Positions 29,621 through 39,097 of a DNA stretch of 64,000 nucleotides are shown here, in pieces. This DNA is from Candidatus Hydrogenedentota bacterium (GTDB taxonomy: Bacteria; Hydrogenedentota; Hydrogenedentia; Hydrogenedentales; JAEUWI01). Position numbers and translations under genes: made by a program. A model generated the notes under the pieces. The model was not told where the DNA came from. It saw only the letters and a list, made by a program, of their open reading frames with translations, and did no database searches. Numbering within the stretch: position 1 is the first letter of the stretch; every line of letters starts with the position of its first letter. Location: positions 1 to 64,000 of the forward strand of contig JAXMOL010000021.1 in the NCBI GenBank assembly GCA_034669905.1, read 5' to 3'.

Positions 29621-30969
29621 CAGGAAAGACTCCAGGGTTCACGGTAGGAGCGGCTCAGTAGCCGGTTGGCCTCGGGGTCGAAAAGGAACTCCTCCTTTTC
29701 AGGGTCCCACTTCAAGGGACGTTTGAGCCAGTAGGCAATGTTCCCGATGTGGCAGATGTTGGCCGTGTGGTGGCCGATTTCCGGTGTGCAAATGCACGCC
29801 TTGCGCGTGCGGATTCCCTCCAGCCAATTGTCTTTGTGATTGCGGCTGCGGTACAACCGTACTTCGCTGGGGCCAATGATGTCGCGCTGGATGGTTTCCG
29901 GCACGGTCTCGATATATTGCCCCCGGTTCACCCGGACGATTCCCCCGTCACCAATCCACTCGACAGCGGCGCCCCGGCCTGAGCCCCCGGCACCACCGCG
30001 ATACATGCGGACGCCGTCCTCGTAGACATAGACGAGTCGCTCGTCCGTTCCTTCGGTGGGGGGAATGACTTCCACCGGACCCGTGTGGTCCCGGCCAAGT
30101 CCCCATTGGGCGATATCAAAATGGTGGGCACCAAAATCGGTCATGGCGCCACCGGCATAATCTCGGTAGTAGCGCCAGCGGGCCCAGCCATCGTAGGAGG
30201 TGGGTGGACAGAGCACCGGGCTGTAGGGCCGCCAGGGCGCAGGCCCCAGCCAGCGGTCCCAGTCGAGGCCTTCGGGAATGGGTTCTTCAGCCAGGTAACA
30301 TTCTTCGGGCGGACCGCCGATGTTTACGTTAACGGTATGGACGTTTCCGATGCGGCCATTCCGTACCAGTTCGCAGGCGTGGTGAAAGGCCGTGTCAGAG
30401 CGCTGCATGCTGCCAACCTGGAGGATTCGATCATAGCGGCGGGTGGCGCGGACAATGGCCTGGCCTTCGGCGATGGTGCGGGCCAACGGTTTTTCGAGGT
30501 AGATGTCCTTACCATTTTTCGCCGCTTCCACGGCGTTGAGGGCGTGCCAGTGGTTGGGTGTGGCAATGATGACCCCGTCGATATCGGCGCGTGCGCACAG
30601 GTCGCGATAGTCGTCGTGCGTCGTACAGATTTCACCGCTCGGCTGCTGCCCTGTCTGGGGGGCCTGCTCCCCATAGTAGGCATTGGTCTGCTGCGCCGCC
30701 GTCTCCCGCCGCCCTTTCTCCACATCGCAGATAGCGAGGACCTGAACGTGCTTGTCCCTTCCAAAGGACCTGAGGTGGCCCCGGGCCATTTTGCCCATGC
30801 CGATAAATCCCACGGTAATCCGGTTGCTCGGTGCAACGGTGCCGTCCCGCCCCAGCGCAGATGCGGGAACGATATAGGGAAAGCCCACCGTGGCGGCAGC
30901 GGCCAGGCCCTGCTGTAAAAAGCGGCGTCGGCTTCTTTTGGTCTGTGCGGAAGGTTTCGGCGGCATCAT
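29620..30969 (-). CDS. Tat-exported Gfo/Idh/MocA oxidoreductase
   Basis: SRRRFL Tat motif; GFIGMG, ATPNHWH, EKP, QVGSMQRS, D.GAHHFD; TGATG coupling to the HEAT gene. Confidence 0.92.
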   Translation of the reverse strand: MMPPKPSAQTKRSRRRFLQQGLAAAATVGFPYIVPASALGRDGTVAPSNRITVGFIGMGKMARGHLRSFGRDKHVQVLAICDVEKGRRETAAQQTNAYYGEQAPQTGQQPSGEICTTHDDYRDLCARADIDGVIIATPNHWHALNAVEAAKNGKDIYLEKPLARTIAEGQAIVRATRRYDRILQVGSMQRSDTAFHHACELVRNGRIGNVHTVNVNIGGPPEECYLAEEPIPEGLDWDRWLGPAPWRPYSPVLCPPTSYDGWARWRYYRDYAGGAMTDFGAHHFDIAQWGLGRDHTGPVEVIPPTEGTDERLVYVYEDGVRMYRGGAGGSGRGAAVEWIGDGGIVRVNRGQYIETVPETIQRDIIGPSEVRLYRSRNHKDNWLEGIRTRKACICTPEIGHHTANICHIGNIAYWLKRPLKWDPEKEEFLFDPEANRLLSRSYREPWSLS

Positions 30970-31146
30970 GGTATGGCTCCATCGGGTCCCGACATGGGGG
31001 CCCGGAACACCCCGGGAAAGGAGGGTTTCCGGGGATGGGCATCGGTGATGCGATCGTGCATCTGTACAATCGCGAACGAATCCTTATAATAGGCAATACA
31101 CAGTTTGCATTGCCAACACCATTCAGTGCCAGGGAGGGTAGTCATC

Positions 31147-32808
31147 ATGAGCGAGGACGTGAAACGTTTCGATACCCACGTGGTGACCAATCAGGCACCA
31201 CCGCTGTCAGATTACAACGCCTACGCGACCGATGAAACCCTGCGCGTGGGTCTGAAACGAAGTGGCGCGGAGTGGGCCGAGGACTCCCTGGTGGCCATGG
31301 GCGCCCAGACCGGTGCGCGGGAACTCATCGAACTGGGCTTTCTGGCCAACGAGAATCCACCGATACTCAAGACCCACGACCGTTTCGGGAACCGCATCGA
31401 CCAGGTGAAGTTCCATCCCGCCTGGCACCAACTCATGGCCTTCGGGGTGCAACACCAGGTCCATGCCTTGCCCTGGCGTAATACGAAACGGGGCGTACAT
31501 GTCGTTCGGGCCATGCGCCACTACCTGCTCAGTCAGGTGGAAGCGGGCGTGGGGTGTCCGTTGACCATGACCTTCGCCGCGGTGCCCGCCCTCAAGGTGC
31601 AGCGGGAGCTTACGAAGACCTGGATTTCTCGGTTGACCAGCAGCCACTACGACCCGACCTTTGGGCCGCCTGAGGCAAAGAAAGGTTGCCTCATGGGAAT
31701 GGCCATGACGGAGAAACAGGGCGGCTCCGATGTGCAGGCCAACACAACCCAGGCGGTGGCGTTCGGGAGCGAAGGTCCCGGTGAAGCCTACCACCTCACG
31801 GGTCACAAATGGTTTTGCTCGGCCCCCATGGCTGACGCCTTCCTCACCCTCGCTCAGACGCCGGCGGGGCTGAGTTGTTTTCTCGTGCCCCGATGGCGAC
31901 CCGACGGGGCGCCCAATCGCTTCTTCATCCAACGGCTGAAAGACAAGCTCGGGAACCGGTCCAACGCGTCGGCCGAAATTGAGTATGACCGCACGTGGGC
32001 CCAGATGATCGGGGAGCCGGGCCGGGGCGTCCCCACCATTATTGAAATGGTGAATCATACCCGCCTCGACTGCGTCATCGGTTCGGCCGCCCTCATGCGG
32101 CAGGCCCTGATGCAGGCCATTCACCACACCCGCCACCGCGCGGCCTTCGGAAAGAAGTTGGTAGACCAACCCCTCATGGAAATGGTGCTGGCGGACCTGG
32201 CGGTGGAAAGCGAAGCCGCCACCACCCTCATGCTCCATCTGGCGGAGGCCTACGACAACGCCTCCAAATCCCCCGAGCACAAGGCCTATGCCCGCCTCGT
32301 TTCCGCCATCGGAAAATATTGGGTCTGTAAGCGGACACCCTTCATGGTGGGCGAAGCGCTGGAATGCCTGGGCGGTGCGGGGTATATCGAGGAATCGATC
32401 ATGCCCCGCCTCTATCGCGAAGCGCCGTTGAGTTCTATCTGGGAAGGTTCGGGCAATGTCATGTGTCTTGATGTGCTGCGGGCCATGACGAAAGAGCCGG
32501 GTGCCGTGACCCTCTTGCGAGAACGTCTCACCTCGGGGCAAGGACAATCCGGTACCTTTGACCGCTTTCTTAAGCGGCTCAAGCAAATCATGAACGAGGA
32601 AATAACCCACCCCGGTCAGGCCCGCTTCCTCGTGGAGCGTCTTGCCCTTGCTCTGCAGGGGAGTTTGTTGCTTCAACAGGCCCCGGAAAACGTGGGGACG
32701 GCATTTTGTCACAGCCGCCTGGGGCGGGATCGCGGCCTCGCCATGGGGGCTGGTCCGAGCGTGAAAATGGACCGGGCCATCATTGACCGCGCCTTTGGGG
32801 GCATGTAA
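31147..32808 (+). CDS. aidB: AidB-like acyl-CoA dehydrogenase family protein
   Basis: TH.V.NQ.PPL, FHP.WH.LM, CP.TMT, GMAMTEKQGGSDV, GHKWFCSAP, IWEGSGNVMCLD. Confidence 0.88.
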   Translation: MSEDVKRFDTHVVTNQAPPLSDYNAYATDETLRVGLKRSGAEWAEDSLVAMGAQTGARELIELGFLANENPPILKTHDRFGNRIDQVKFHPAWHQLMAFGVQHQVHALPWRNTKRGVHVVRAMRHYLLSQVEAGVGCPLTMTFAAVPALKVQRELTKTWISRLTSSHYDPTFGPPEAKKGCLMGMAMTEKQGGSDVQANTTQAVAFGSEGPGEAYHLTGHKWFCSAPMADAFLTLAQTPAGLSCFLVPRWRPDGAPNRFFIQRLKDKLGNRSNASAEIEYDRTWAQMIGEPGRGVPTIIEMVNHTRLDCVIGSAALMRQALMQAIHHTRHRAAFGKKLVDQPLMEMVLADLAVESEAATTLMLHLAEAYDNASKSPEHKAYARLVSAIGKYWVCKRTPFMVGEALECLGGAGYIEESIMPRLYREAPLSSIWEGSGNVMCLDVLRAMTKEPGAVTLLRERLTSGQGQSGTFDRFLKRLKQIMNEEITHPGQARFLVERLALALQGSLLLQQAPENVGTAFCHSRLGRDRGLAMGAGPSVKMDRAIIDRAFGGM

Positions 32809-32819
32809 TTCCTGTCTGG

Positions 32820-33941
32820 TCAGCTTAAGGCAAGCCGTACAAAGCGAATCCACTCCCGGCGGTGTTCTTCGCCGCCTTCGAAGACGAGACCGATATCGCC
32901 GTTAGCGAGTCGCAGGAGTGAGGAGTAGGACGAGGGGCCGGAGTGAATGAGCTTCTCGACGGGCCAGGTTTTGCCTTCGTCGTAGCTTATTTTCAGGGCC
33001 ATGCGGGTTCGCTTGACGGCTCCGTATATCTTGCCGGAAACATCGGGGTTGGCGAAAAGGAGGCGGTCCTTGTCATCTTGCCCGTCGAAGCCATAGCGGA
33101 TGATACTGGCCTGGCAAGGGCATTCGTTGAGGGCGCGGTCCCAATAGAGTTTGTCCCATGTGGCGCCACCATCCGAGCTCAGCGCAACCGCGCGGCAGGA
33201 TTCGCCCGTATTCTCGCGCATGTTGAGCATGAGGGTGCCGTCTTTCAATTCCACCGCCTGGCATTCGTTGCTGAAGATAGACACCGCATCGCCTAGCGTC
33301 CATGTTTCGCCGTGGTCGTCGCTGTAAAGAACGCGCGCATAAAGGCCGGTACGGGTTTCGGGCTCGTAGGTGCCCGTATACCCCGGTACGACGAGGCGGC
33401 CACTCTGCAGTTGAATGCTCACCCCGGGACCGGACACAAAGGAGTCGTCGTAGTTGGTGATGCGCGGTTCCAGATCGATGGGGTTGCCCCAAGTGACGCC
33501 GTTGTCGCCGCTCTTGAGCATCATGTGTCTATGGTGTCCGTGCGACCGTTTGTGGGCATCGATACCGATAAGTAAAACAGTATTGTTCGTCCGGTCCACA
33601 ACGGGACACGGATTCATGATGGCCTCGTCCCCTTCTCCCGCGACGAGGGTGTGCATGGGCTCCCAGGACTTTCCGTCGTCCAGACTGCGCTTGAGCACCA
33701 TGGCGGTCGGGCTCGCGTCTTTGATGGACTCCTTGCGGGCCTCGCAGAAAAGCAGGAGGGACTTGTCAGGAGCCACCAGCATGGCGGGGATGCGGTAGGT
33801 GTGGACCCCGTCTTCACCGGCTGTGTAGACATGACGGGTTTCTTTGATTTGGATAGTGTCCAGCGCCATTGCCCGGGGCGTGGACAGGGCCATGCCCGCT
33901 ATGCCCAAGGCGCTACTTCGTATGAACTGACGTCTCTTCAT
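32820..33941 (-). CDS. Tat-exported sialidase (GH33-like)
   Basis: KRRQF Tat motif, YRIP motif, five Asp-boxes (SLDDGKSW, SGDNGVTW, SDDHGETW, SSDGGATW, SYDEGKTW), NEC, SYS. Confidence 0.9.
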   Translation of the reverse strand: MKRRQFIRSSALGIAGMALSTPRAMALDTIQIKETRHVYTAGEDGVHTYRIPAMLVAPDKSLLLFCEARKESIKDASPTAMVLKRSLDDGKSWEPMHTLVAGEGDEAIMNPCPVVDRTNNTVLLIGIDAHKRSHGHHRHMMLKSGDNGVTWGNPIDLEPRITNYDDSFVSGPGVSIQLQSGRLVVPGYTGTYEPETRTGLYARVLYSDDHGETWTLGDAVSIFSNECQAVELKDGTLMLNMRENTGESCRAVALSSDGGATWDKLYWDRALNECPCQASIIRYGFDGQDDKDRLLFANPDVSGKIYGAVKRTRMALKISYDEGKTWPVEKLIHSGPSSYSSLLRLANGDIGLVFEGGEEHRREWIRFVRLALS

Positions 33942-34043
33942 GAGGCCTCCTGACAGGGACCTTTCGCGATGGTATAGGTGTGGAACCGCGACTCGAGAGT
34001 AACACAACCACCTGTGGGGTCCAACAACTCACGACAATGATTA

Positions 34044-36068
34044 CTACCTCGGTATCACGGGCAACTCGAGCCGCGAACCCGTAACACGCCCCGTGTGGAC
34101 CGTGATGGTGGGCACGCGGTTTGCCCCATCCGCCGGGTCGTTTGCGGGGCTGAGTTGGGGGTGAAGCCGGAAGGTGGGCCAGTCGGCGCAGGCCAAGGTC
34201 AGGCGGATGCGGTGGCCCTCTTGGAATACCCAGGATGTGGGGTGGAGGCTGATAACCAGTTCCCGCTGCACGCCGTCGGCCAGGGCACCATCCACGTAAT
34301 CCACTTCACGGTATCCATGCCACGGGAGTTCCGGCAATACGTTCACCGCCCCCGATTCAACGATGAGGTCGTTGTCCACGAGAAGGTGAAAGCCCGCACG
34401 GAGCTGTCCTTCCGTAACCAACACCGCTTCGCCCGTGGGCGTCACGTCTTCCAGGTAGACAAAGAAATCGCCGTAGGCTTCCGTAGAGGAAACCGTGATC
34501 TGCACGCTCGGGTGCCCCGTCACCTCTAAGGCGTCGTCCAGCAGGTCACCGGTAAAGGTCAGGCACTGCTGGTCTTTTTGTGCACGGTCGGGCAGGACGG
34601 ACGGGCGGCGTCCGCCGATTCCTACCCAGCGATTGCCCTTGCTGTCGCCGTAGGTGCTGCTGTGGGTGAAGTCCGCCTGATAGGGAAGGGTGCCGGGCGT
34701 GCTGGCTTCGCGCTGCAACTGCTTGTCAGCGGACAGGAAGAGGGGCGTCCGTTGTTCCCGCGCGAGGGGCCATTCTTTTTCAAAGCGCCACCCATCGCCG
34801 TGCATGGTGTAGAGGTAGATGGGGGCGTCTTCTTCGATGCCATTGTCGATGCCCTTCAGATAGCGGTCGAAAAAGCGAAAGTGTTCCCGGGCGAGCACGT
34901 CCGCCGCCGCGCCCCGGTCGTAGCCGAGGTGTTCGTAGTAGGGACCGGCCGTAACCGAATGGAATCCGGGAAACATGATGACCTTGGAGGGATTGCGGTC
35001 CTTCATGGTGGCGTAGAGTTCCATGGTGCCCCGGGCGAATCCGTCGAACCAGCCGCCCACGTTGTAGATGGGGATGCCGCCAGCCATGATGGCTTCGACA
35101 TGGGCGTTGGGACTCAGGTCGCTCAGGTCAAATCCCAGGGGAGAGGGCGCGTCGATAAAAAAGGACTCTTTGGCCCACGAATGGTAGTCGAGGTTCTTTT
35201 CGTGTTCCTTGATGGCCTGGTAGAAGACGTGGCGCGTTCGCTCGCTGCCGTCCGCATACTTCGGGGGAAAGCCATCATCGAGAAAGGTGCCATTGCCATT
35301 CTGGTCAAGGGGGACTTCGTCGGCGAGGTCACCATCGCCATCTTCATCTTCGGCAGGAAGGGTGGGGAGGACGCCCTCGTCCGGGAGGTAGTAGCTGCGC
35401 TGGGACGGGTGCATGCCGGCGGACCACATTTTCAGGAAGCCCTGGAGGTAGATGCCACCGGGGTACACCTCACCCGTGTAGCCTTCCAAGGGCACCACGG
35501 TGGGCATGATGCACTTCAGGGCTTTCGGGCGATGGAAGGCCGTGGCCGTTTGGGACCAGCCGAGATAGGAGCCGCCCATCATGCCCACATTGCCATCGCA
35601 CCAGGGCTGTTCCGCGATCCAGTCAATGAGTTCCTTGCCATCCTCCCAGAGCGCGGGGATGAAATCCATGAGCCAGCCGGTGGAAGCCCCCGTACCCCGC
35701 ATGTCGGCCCGCACCAAAGCATAACCATGGGCCACGAGGTCCATTTCCAGTTTTTTCCGGGTCAGGTTAGAGACCTTGCCGGTTTTCGGGTCCACAACCG
35801 AACGTTGATAGGGCGTATATTGGACCACGACAGGGAAGCCATCCCGCTTGGGACCCTCCTGGGGGAGGTAGATATCGACGGCCATTCGTTCGCCATCGCG
35901 CAGGGGGATATAGGTGGACGAGAAGGCGACATCGCCGTATTCCGCCTCGGAGTAGCCGGTGTAGGCCTGGGGACTGCTTTCCTGGGCCTCGGCTGTGGGG
36001 ACGAGGGCACAGAGCAACACGAGGAGAACATATTGGGGTGTCAATAAAAGGCTTCGGTACACGGTCAT
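34044..36068 (-). CDS. Secreted CocE/NonD family alpha/beta hydrolase
   Basis: RDG...DIYLP, TPY, D.RGTGAS.G, GGSYLG nucleophile elbow, GGWFD; C-terminal jelly-roll (F..GHRIRL). Confidence 0.9.
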   Translation of the reverse strand: MTVYRSLLLTPQYVLLVLLCALVPTAEAQESSPQAYTGYSEAEYGDVAFSSTYIPLRDGERMAVDIYLPQEGPKRDGFPVVVQYTPYQRSVVDPKTGKVSNLTRKKLEMDLVAHGYALVRADMRGTGASTGWLMDFIPALWEDGKELIDWIAEQPWCDGNVGMMGGSYLGWSQTATAFHRPKALKCIMPTVVPLEGYTGEVYPGGIYLQGFLKMWSAGMHPSQRSYYLPDEGVLPTLPAEDEDGDGDLADEVPLDQNGNGTFLDDGFPPKYADGSERTRHVFYQAIKEHEKNLDYHSWAKESFFIDAPSPLGFDLSDLSPNAHVEAIMAGGIPIYNVGGWFDGFARGTMELYATMKDRNPSKVIMFPGFHSVTAGPYYEHLGYDRGAAADVLAREHFRFFDRYLKGIDNGIEEDAPIYLYTMHGDGWRFEKEWPLAREQRTPLFLSADKQLQREASTPGTLPYQADFTHSSTYGDSKGNRWVGIGGRRPSVLPDRAQKDQQCLTFTGDLLDDALEVTGHPSVQITVSSTEAYGDFFVYLEDVTPTGEAVLVTEGQLRAGFHLLVDNDLIVESGAVNVLPELPWHGYREVDYVDGALADGVQRELVISLHPTSWVFQEGHRIRLTLACADWPTFRLHPQLSPANDPADGANRVPTITVHTGRVTGSRLELPVIPR

Positions 36069-36213
36069 CTCCGGTAGCAGGGTGGAAGCGATGGGTTACT
36101 TGGTTTTTATAGCATATTTTGCACGCACTGGGGGAATGGGAGGACTGGTTTCCGCCGTGTGACGCCATATTGGGGTCATGGGGTCAGAGCATTCGCGTCG
36201 TCTCAATAATATA

Positions 36214-36403
36214 GAACCAGGTCGTGCCGCGCGATCCCCAAAAGGCGAGTCTCAACGAGTCCTGTCGGGGTTCGTGCGTATGGAGCGAGCATGATGGTAA
36301 GTTGACGTCGCCCACCCATGCGAGCGTCCGACACCCGCGCACGAACGTTACCCCACTCGCTCAGGCTCGCAGGGCAACGATCGCGCGGCACGTCCGGTAT
36401 TCG
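36214..36403. ncRNA. Candidate structured ncRNA (long irregular hairpin, 6S-like size)
   Basis: Nested helices: 36223-36236/36379-36392 (14 bp perfect), 36245-36260/36355-36370, 36270-36278/36338-36346 (9 bp perfect), 36289-36293/36317-36321; intergenic. Confidence 0.5.
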
Positions 36404-36611
36404 AAACAGGGTTACGAGTTGGTACTTGCCCAACTACGACTACAAAACCTGTAACAGCCCGCAACGCGGGTGACGGACAATCCGGGGGGCGCGGAACTGC
36501 AGGGTTGGTAATTCGGCCTGAAAGAAGAATAAAGGTCCCCGGTTAATGGTATGATCCGGGTAGACCGTGCGCGTTGCCCGGTGGAATGCCATCAAATTGG
36601 GAGATGTACGA

Positions 36612-37286
36612 ATGGCCGAAGAACAACAGCCCACCCCGACGAAGAAACGCCGTTTCGGCTGCATGCAGATCCTGGTGGCCCTCCTGGTTGCCCTGCTGAT
36701 TGGCATCGCGGCCACCGGTTGGTGGGTGAAGCGCAACGTGTATGCCTCTTCCTTCAAGACGACCCAGCTCAGCGAATCCGAACAGGCCGCCTTCTCCGAA
36801 AAGGTTGCCCGACTCGAAGCCGCCGGTGGATCGCGCGCGCCCGTCGCGGACGATGGGGTCGCTCGTCCCGAGGCTTACAGCGAAGACGGGGCCAATCGCG
36901 AAATCCGTATCACCGAGAAAGAACTCAATGCCGCCATCGATAAGAACCCGGAGTGGGCCGACAAGGTGGCAGTCGACCTTGCTGATGACCTCCTGAGTAT
37001 TACCCTGCTCCTGCCCATGGATGACGAATTCCCCCTGGTGGGCGGCACGACGGCCCGCATCACCGCCGGGGCCACCCTCCGTTTCGAAAATGACAAGCCC
37101 GTGGTGATCGTGCGCGGCATCAGCATCGGCGGTATCCCGCTCCCGTCCGCCTGGATGGGTGACCTCAAGAACAAGGATCTGGTCCAGGAATTCGGCGGCC
37201 AGGGCGGCTTTTGGGACGGCCTGTCCAAAGGGGTAGAAGCTATTCAGGTGGAAGAAGGCCATCTGTATCTGAAGCTGCGCGAGTAG
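36612..37286 (+). CDS. Hypothetical N-terminally anchored membrane protein
   Basis: GGGAG RBS; KKRRFGC followed by a TM segment; ITEKELN and GIPLP.AW motifs; GC3-rich codon usage. Confidence 0.75.
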   Translation: MAEEQQPTPTKKRRFGCMQILVALLVALLIGIAATGWWVKRNVYASSFKTTQLSESEQAAFSEKVARLEAAGGSRAPVADDGVARPEAYSEDGANREIRITEKELNAAIDKNPEWADKVAVDLADDLLSITLLLPMDDEFPLVGGTTARITAGATLRFENDKPVVIVRGISIGGIPLPSAWMGDLKNKDLVQEFGGQGGFWDGLSKGVEAIQVEEGHLYLKLRE

Positions 37287-37381
37287 CCCCTCTACATTGC
37301 CGGGAAGGGCCGCCGCCCGTGAGCATTCCCCCGGCTGCAACGGGTTTGGCTTCTTAACCCCACCTACAATCGGAATTTCAG

Positions 37382-38893
37382 ATGAAAAGACGCTTTATCC
37401 TTCACCTTTCAACGTTCTTAACGCTCCTCGCGCCCTGGCTGACGGCCGACGCAATACAGCCGAATGTGCTGCTAATCGTGTCGGAAGATAACGGACCGGA
37501 ATTGGGTTGCTATGGCGATCCCTACGCGCAGACGCCAAATCTGGACCGGTTGGCCGCGTCTGGCGTGCGGTTTGAGAACGCCTTCGTGCCCTACTCCGTC
37601 TGCTCGCCGTCGCGGGCCTGTTTTCTGACCGGCCTCTACCCGGGGCAGAATGGGCAAATCGGCCTGGCAACACACAAATTCGCCATGTATGACCCGCAGA
37701 CGCCCAATTTTGCATCGCTTCTGAAGAAGCAGGGGTATCGGACCGGCCTGATTGGCAAGCTGCACGTGAACCCTGAATCGGCTTTTCCCTTCGATTTTCG
37801 GGCGATCCCGGGCGCAAATTTCAATCGGAAGCAAACGGTCGCGGAATACGCCGCTGAGGCCGCGGGCTTTATAGAGCAAGCGGGCGACAACCCTTGGTTT
37901 TTGTCGGTCAATTATCCCGATGCCCACCTGCCGTTTCTCCGACAAGTCAACGGGCAACCGGAGAATCCCCTGGGGGCCGATGCGGTCAAGCCCATGCCGT
38001 GGGTCGGCGTGGACTCGGCACGTCTGCGCGAGCAAGTGGCCAATTACTACAATTCGCTCGCGCGGCTGGACCACGGCGTTGGCTTGCTCCTTGCCGAACT
38101 CGAAAAGGCGGGGGAGGCAAACAATACGCTCGTTATCTATTTCGGCGACCATGGCGCCCAGTTTCCACGGGGCAAGGGCACGGTCTATGAAGGTGGACTG
38201 CGTGTTCCGCTTATCGTACGCTGGCCCGGTGTGACAAAAGCGGGGGAAGTGCGATCGGAACTCGTATCCACCCTCGACCTGCTGCCCACCGCCCTGCAAG
38301 CCGCGGGGGCCAAGGGGCCGGGTAACCTGCTTGGCCTGGATTTGCGGCCATTGCTGACGGGCGCTGGGCCATCGCAATGGCGTGAATATATATTCGGGTT
38401 TACAACGGGCTCTTTTCCCCGGGCCTGCTATGTGCAACATTCCATACGAGACGGGCAGTTCAAATTGATCTCCAGCCCGCGACCGGGAACAGCGAATCTC
38501 GATGCCGGTACCTATCTCGATGAAGAGCACCAGCATTTTGTCGTTTCCGGGGCGACCACGGAGGAACAGGCGGCATCTCCTCCTCATGTTCAGGATGCCT
38601 TCGCCCGCTGGAGCCTTCCGCCGCGATACGAGCTATACGATCTTAAAAATGACCCCAATGAGTGGCACAATCTCGCGGGTGAGCCAGCGTACGCCGAAAC
38701 TAAGACCCGACTCATCAATGCGCTGGTCACACAGCAGCAGCAGACGGACGACCCGTTCCTGGATCAGGCCAACGTGAATGCCTTCGTGGAAGAGCAACTC
38801 GCAAACGTTGATCTCGCCTACCGAAAACAGAAAAATTTTCGCTGGTCCTATCTCGCCGACTTTCCCAAATGGCGCGCAGAACAGGAGCGATAG
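37382..38893 (+). CDS. Secreted formylglycine-dependent sulfatase (S1)
   Basis: PNVLLIVSED, CSPSRAC.LTG, GKLH, GDHG, ELYDL..DP.E..NLA. Confidence 0.95.
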   Translation: MKRRFILHLSTFLTLLAPWLTADAIQPNVLLIVSEDNGPELGCYGDPYAQTPNLDRLAASGVRFENAFVPYSVCSPSRACFLTGLYPGQNGQIGLATHKFAMYDPQTPNFASLLKKQGYRTGLIGKLHVNPESAFPFDFRAIPGANFNRKQTVAEYAAEAAGFIEQAGDNPWFLSVNYPDAHLPFLRQVNGQPENPLGADAVKPMPWVGVDSARLREQVANYYNSLARLDHGVGLLLAELEKAGEANNTLVIYFGDHGAQFPRGKGTVYEGGLRVPLIVRWPGVTKAGEVRSELVSTLDLLPTALQAAGAKGPGNLLGLDLRPLLTGAGPSQWREYIFGFTTGSFPRACYVQHSIRDGQFKLISSPRPGTANLDAGTYLDEEHQHFVVSGATTEEQAASPPHVQDAFARWSLPPRYELYDLKNDPNEWHNLAGEPAYAETKTRLINALVTQQQQTDDPFLDQANVNAFVEEQLANVDLAYRKQKNFRWSYLADFPKWRAEQER

Positions 38894-39097
38894 TCGAAAG
38901 TCCCCACTCAGGGTATAGGCAGAAGGGAGCGAGGTTATGTCAGCGTCGGGGAAAGCGGCTACTTGGTCCCCATTGTGTTGACGCCCGGCTTTTGGGGGTG
39001 GAAGTCGCTCGGATACTGCGCGCGCAGACGGGCTGCACAATCTCATAAGTAGACGACACAACGGGGTTGGGAGATTAGTGGGGACCGGTCTTTCTTC

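Noticed and set aside
36214..36403. Long hairpin as an integron attC site or group II intron fragment
   Set aside because: No RYYYAAC/GTTRRRY ends, no cassette array or intI, and no domain V consensus or reverse transcriptase.
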